The notes beneath the pieces were generated by a model that was not told the origin of the DNA, searched no databases, and saw nothing but the letters and a program-made list of their open reading frames with translations. Positions 60,001 to 64,000 of a stretch of DNA of 64,000 bases are shown here, in pieces. A program made the position numbers and the translations under genes. Numbering within the stretch: the stretch's first letter is position 1; every line of letters starts with the position of its first letter. This DNA comes from Selaginella moellendorffii. Taxonomy: Eukaryota > Plantae > Lycopodiophyta. The stretch covers positions 906,822 to 970,821 of the forward strand of contig NW_003314334.1 of assembly GCF_000143415.4 (NCBI RefSeq), given 5' to 3'.

Positions 60001-61869
60001 TTAGATTGGGAAGGTTATTTGCCATTTCTTCAGTATGCATATGTTATAGGGGTGCAAAGTTCTATTGGTGCTTCACCATATAAAATTCTATATAATCATG
60101 ATTTGATATTACCAACGGAGTTGAATTTACCTTCACAATTGCCACAAGCTACTGATGTTAAGTTTTAGGATTAATATTTGATGAGCATACTTTCACTTGT
60201 TTGAGCAGAGTTTACCAAACACCTAACCCACATATAAATGGGACAACAATAGTGCTACAACTCCTATCATCATCCATCTAAGGAATATAAAGTGGATGAT
60301 TTAGTGTTAGCTTATTTTTCCAATCTTACGGTATGTGGTTTGTCTAAAAGGCTCCTTACTCAATGAAAGGAATTATATTAGGTGTTGCAGCAAGTAGGAC
60401 CATAAATTTACAAGGTTCAGTATAACATTCAACAAGCTGATCTTCTAGAAATTATACATGTGCAACAACTAAAACACTTTATACAAATGGATTAAGAACA
60501 ATTAGCACCACCTAGAAATCCATCAATGCATCCTCTTGATGTTCCTTCAAATTCTAGCCCGTCCATGAAAGAACCTTGATTGTCTTTCATCATTCCAAAA
60601 AGAGTGGATGATATGAGGTCCAAGTGTATACCTACAATGCCATATACTAATATTAGCATAGTGGGATTTTAGTAACCGTCGGATTGAGTTCAATCTGCTC
60701 ATATATATAAGCTAGGCTTTTTGAGCTAATTGATATGCACATTTTTTATTTCATTTTCATATGCCATGCACTCACAAGATCATTATTAAAATAATTATAT
60801 TATATATATATATATATATATTCTTCAAACTACCAGCTTTTGCTGGGTAGTTTCTATTCCTCCATAATAAATTAAAATATTTTACTCAGATGCCATGTTT
60901 AAGTTTGATAAGACCATAGAAGTTCAAATGTTATTTTTTAATTTATGGCAAACGAGCTAATAATTTTGTATAAAAATTATAATTTACTTCAATATTATTT
61001 TTAACTTCTCAATATAGTTTTTGTACCTACAGTATGACACTACCATGTTTTGGCAATAGTTTTATAATTATATCAATAGAGTCATCTTGAAAATAAACTC
61101 TTCCACCAAAGCCATGAAATATATAATTACAAATAATAAAAGTCAAAGCTTGAGCAATATCACTTTTATTACCAATCCTATTTTGAGCTCTCCACCCATG
61201 TACTTTTATAACAATTTTATAACTTCTTCTTTATGCTACATAAAGATATTTATAAGTTGAATGTGTCCATTGGAAGGTTAATTGACATATAGACTGGCAT
61301 ACAAAACCCATAGAAGCATGTCTTTGTGGCCCATGATCAAAACATCTTTCTACAACTTCACTTGAATAGCCAAGGCATTGCAAAATACTAAGTAAGATTA
61401 TAATACTAATCAATAATTTCATTTAAATATATAGTGACCCTTCAAAGAAGTTTGCAACTTATATTTGGATTTTTTGTATAAACACCCATGACATTTGGTA
61501 ATGTACTTGAACTATATAATCTATAATAGTCAAGTATCTAATCAACAGTATGATTAATGATTTTAATTTCTTAGATTGCCACTCTTATAATGAAATTGCA
61601 CAGAACAATGACTAATGTGAAAATTAGGACAAAAAAATGTGTCTACTGCAGACAAGAATTTACATCAATCAATGCATCTTCTCCTTCCACTCATAATGCC
61701 ACCATCAACACTTGTCTGGAAAGATGGAAAGAAACGAAGAGCAAAGGCATAGGATTCATACTTGATCTCTTCTTTTTTTTTTGTGCTATGTGATGCTAGC
61801 CCTTACTTGATTAATAATAATAATAATATTAATAATATATGTTTTCCAGCACTAATCTGAAGACTAGGG

Positions 61870-63400
61870 AGGGTAGAACTACCTACCTATAGTCCCTATA
61901 CTCTCTTGGACTTGAAGTTGAAGCTCCTCCATTTTATGTAAGTAGATGGTGAGGTGGTGGGAGACCCCTTGGTTTTCTAGGAGGGTATTGAACAAGGCAT
62001 GGAAGATGACCAATGGTGCATAGGAGGTATTATTGAAGATGCCTAGGAATTCTTGGTTATACATGTTGCCTAATCTCAGCCTAGAATGCATGATTCCCAT
62101 GCTGGTATGCTGGATATGGTGATATATATAAGGATCCCATCCCATCAGATTCATGGTCAAGAGATAAATCTTATACTTGACAGCCTCATAGGTCTTCTGA
62201 TCTAGCCATTTGTGCCATTCACCAGAGTCGTCTAGTGGTTCATGATGTATCTCCTCAACATCTAGACAAGGCATAATGTCCAGATTTTGACATTTGCCCA
62301 CCAGCCCCTATGTCTTTTATACATAAGGCTGAGTTATTAATAGTGCATATGGAGAGTTTCATTTGGACTACACCTTGATGTACCTAATAATATGCTTCTA
62401 TGTAAGGAGCGTGAGCTGAATTATTGGGTAGGAGATATTCCCTATATGCAACTCTATCTGAAAGAATTTGTATTACAAGTCCTCAACCAAGATTTATCTA
62501 TCCCAAATACCACAGAAGCATACAACACAATAGTGGTAACCTTAGAAAGAATTGACATTTTGCAGTCAGCTCTTGATGTGAGTATGGCAGTCAAACAGTA
62601 GTGCACAGTTAGCATAGTGAGCAACTACAATTCAATCAGATATGCTTACTTTCCATGAGTTGGCCTTTGAATAGCAAGTTGTCTACTATAATGAGCTGCA
62701 CCTTGGTAAACCATGAGCTATTTTTTGGCAATGCTTACTTCCATGCCTTTGGCTGCACAGAATTCACTTAAAACATCTAGACTGACGCTGTATTTGTGGC
62801 CTGCAACAAAATGTCATCAGGATACAACAATACATAGAGATACATGCCCAAGAGTTGGTCAGGTGTAAGTATCTTACCCTTGATTGTAGTCTAGAGTGTG
62901 GCAAGAGGGAGCAACCTTGTTGGACCCCAAGTATGACTCAATGGGCTGGCTATCAGCTATTTGTAGCCATGCAATCTTGAATAATTCAGCAATTGCTGCT
63001 AAAAGGAGAGTGGGGATTTGAAGTTCCAACAAATGCCAAATCAAGACATGATTGAAAGCTTGGTTAAAGCCACAGGAGAAGCCCTTGGTTTCATTGGAAA
63101 CCAAACATAGCTAATGCATATCACTGCATCCAACTTGTTAATCAGTATCATTCCTACTATCCGACAAAAGTTCAAGAGCTTTGTTCCAGTTGCATTGATA
63201 ATGGTGTCTATGGCATATATTCAAGCATAGTCCTAATCCATTCTTCCACAAGCACAGCCCCGTTGTGATTCTGTGCTTGTTTGTGGGCTAGCAACAACTA
63301 CCCATGCTAACATGAACTCCTCCAACCCAGTGAGAGGAGAAGTTTCTTCTTGGACCTAGTGAGGTGGGTAGTAGAAGTTAACAGGATCTGAATGGAGCAA
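61870..63400 (-). mobile_element. Decayed LINE (RTE-like) reverse transcriptase remnant
   Basis: FNQAFNHV...IPTLLLAAIAELF...SQPIESYLG, a frameshifted VQQGCSL, YPDD and C-terminal SRLRLGN. Confidence 0.7.
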
Positions 63401-64000
63401 CTTAGAGAGGATTTCCTAATGGCCATATTACTATGGCCCCTTGACACCCTATCAGATTTTGAATGAAGTATTTAATAGAGGGACAGGTTTTTGAAAAACT
63501 GATGTGTAAAAACTAGTTGGACATACTTTAGACTTTCTATATTTGAAACTATCAATGGTTTTCGATAGTGTTAGCTAGGAACTCCTCAAATGAAGTAGTT
63601 TCTAATATGAAATAAGATTAGTTATTTCAAGTGCTATTGAAAAATCTACATTTCAACCAAGATCTTTGTTTTATACAATAATATTTCTTACCATTGCTAA
63701 TGGAAAACAACATATCAAGCCTATGCTTTTGGTATGGAAGATCATTTAAAAAAAGAAAGAAAGTCTTGCTTTTAAGATTGCCATATTCGTAAGATTTAAC
63801 AAAAAAAATTGATGTTACCAATATAATAACCATTACTACTGAACTTCAGCATTTAAAAAAAATTGGGTGAAAAGCAAATAAAGAAACCCAATAAGTCTTG
63901 GGAATTAAGTGAAGTCTCTTGTATCGTAAATCCTTTAGGACACATCCCCCAACAATTCTATTTCCTACTCACGAACAATGTTAAATTTCTGGTGCTTCCA

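Larger units (their letters stand above)
47550..60776 (+). mobile_element. Old, heavily decayed Ty3/gypsy element hosting nested insertions
   Basis: Diverged ~165-bp LTRs at 47550-47716 and 60612-60776. PBS-like TGGTGGAAGTGAGGGG. RT/RH remnants ~49520-50540 (FGLNNA, FIDDV) and integrase remnants ~59580-60480. No TSD recognised. Confidence 0.75.

Noticed and set aside
61590-61793. ORF with CVYC motif
   Set aside because: A single CxxC beside a LINE tail; insufficient support.

Overview
Eukaryotic land-plant nuclear DNA. The gene density, 45-100 nt GT-AG introns and TE types suggest a lycophyte such as Selaginella (inference). 1-17 kb is gene-dense: a partial gene running off the left edge, an MA3-domain translation regulator, mitochondrial ribosomal protein L33, an alpha/beta-hydrolase lipase, a giant (~781 aa) tetraspanin with repetitive tails, URB2/Npa2 and a DUF1218 gene. 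17.1-38.7 kb is an accessory block bracketed by two copies of a ~1.5 kb segment (URB2 5' end plus DUF1218). It holds an intact 5-exon kinase gene resembling Crinkler/RHS-type proteins, head-to-head with a frameshifted paralog that shares its N-terminal header. It also holds three fold-back inverted repeats, a deleted Ty3/gypsy element, a Copia palindrome and an intact 5.04-kb chromovirus with 112-bp LTRs. 39-47 kb carries two more DUF1218 genes, a GC-rich island, a polyamine transporter and plastid ribosomal protein S21. 47.5-61 kb is a nested LTR-retrotransposon stack of up to four levels, including a probable self-priming chromovirus and a TRIM. A decayed LINE follows. The strongest candidates for new biology are the head-to-head header-sharing kinase pair and the giant tetraspanin. 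All calls come from reading the sequence; no searches were run.
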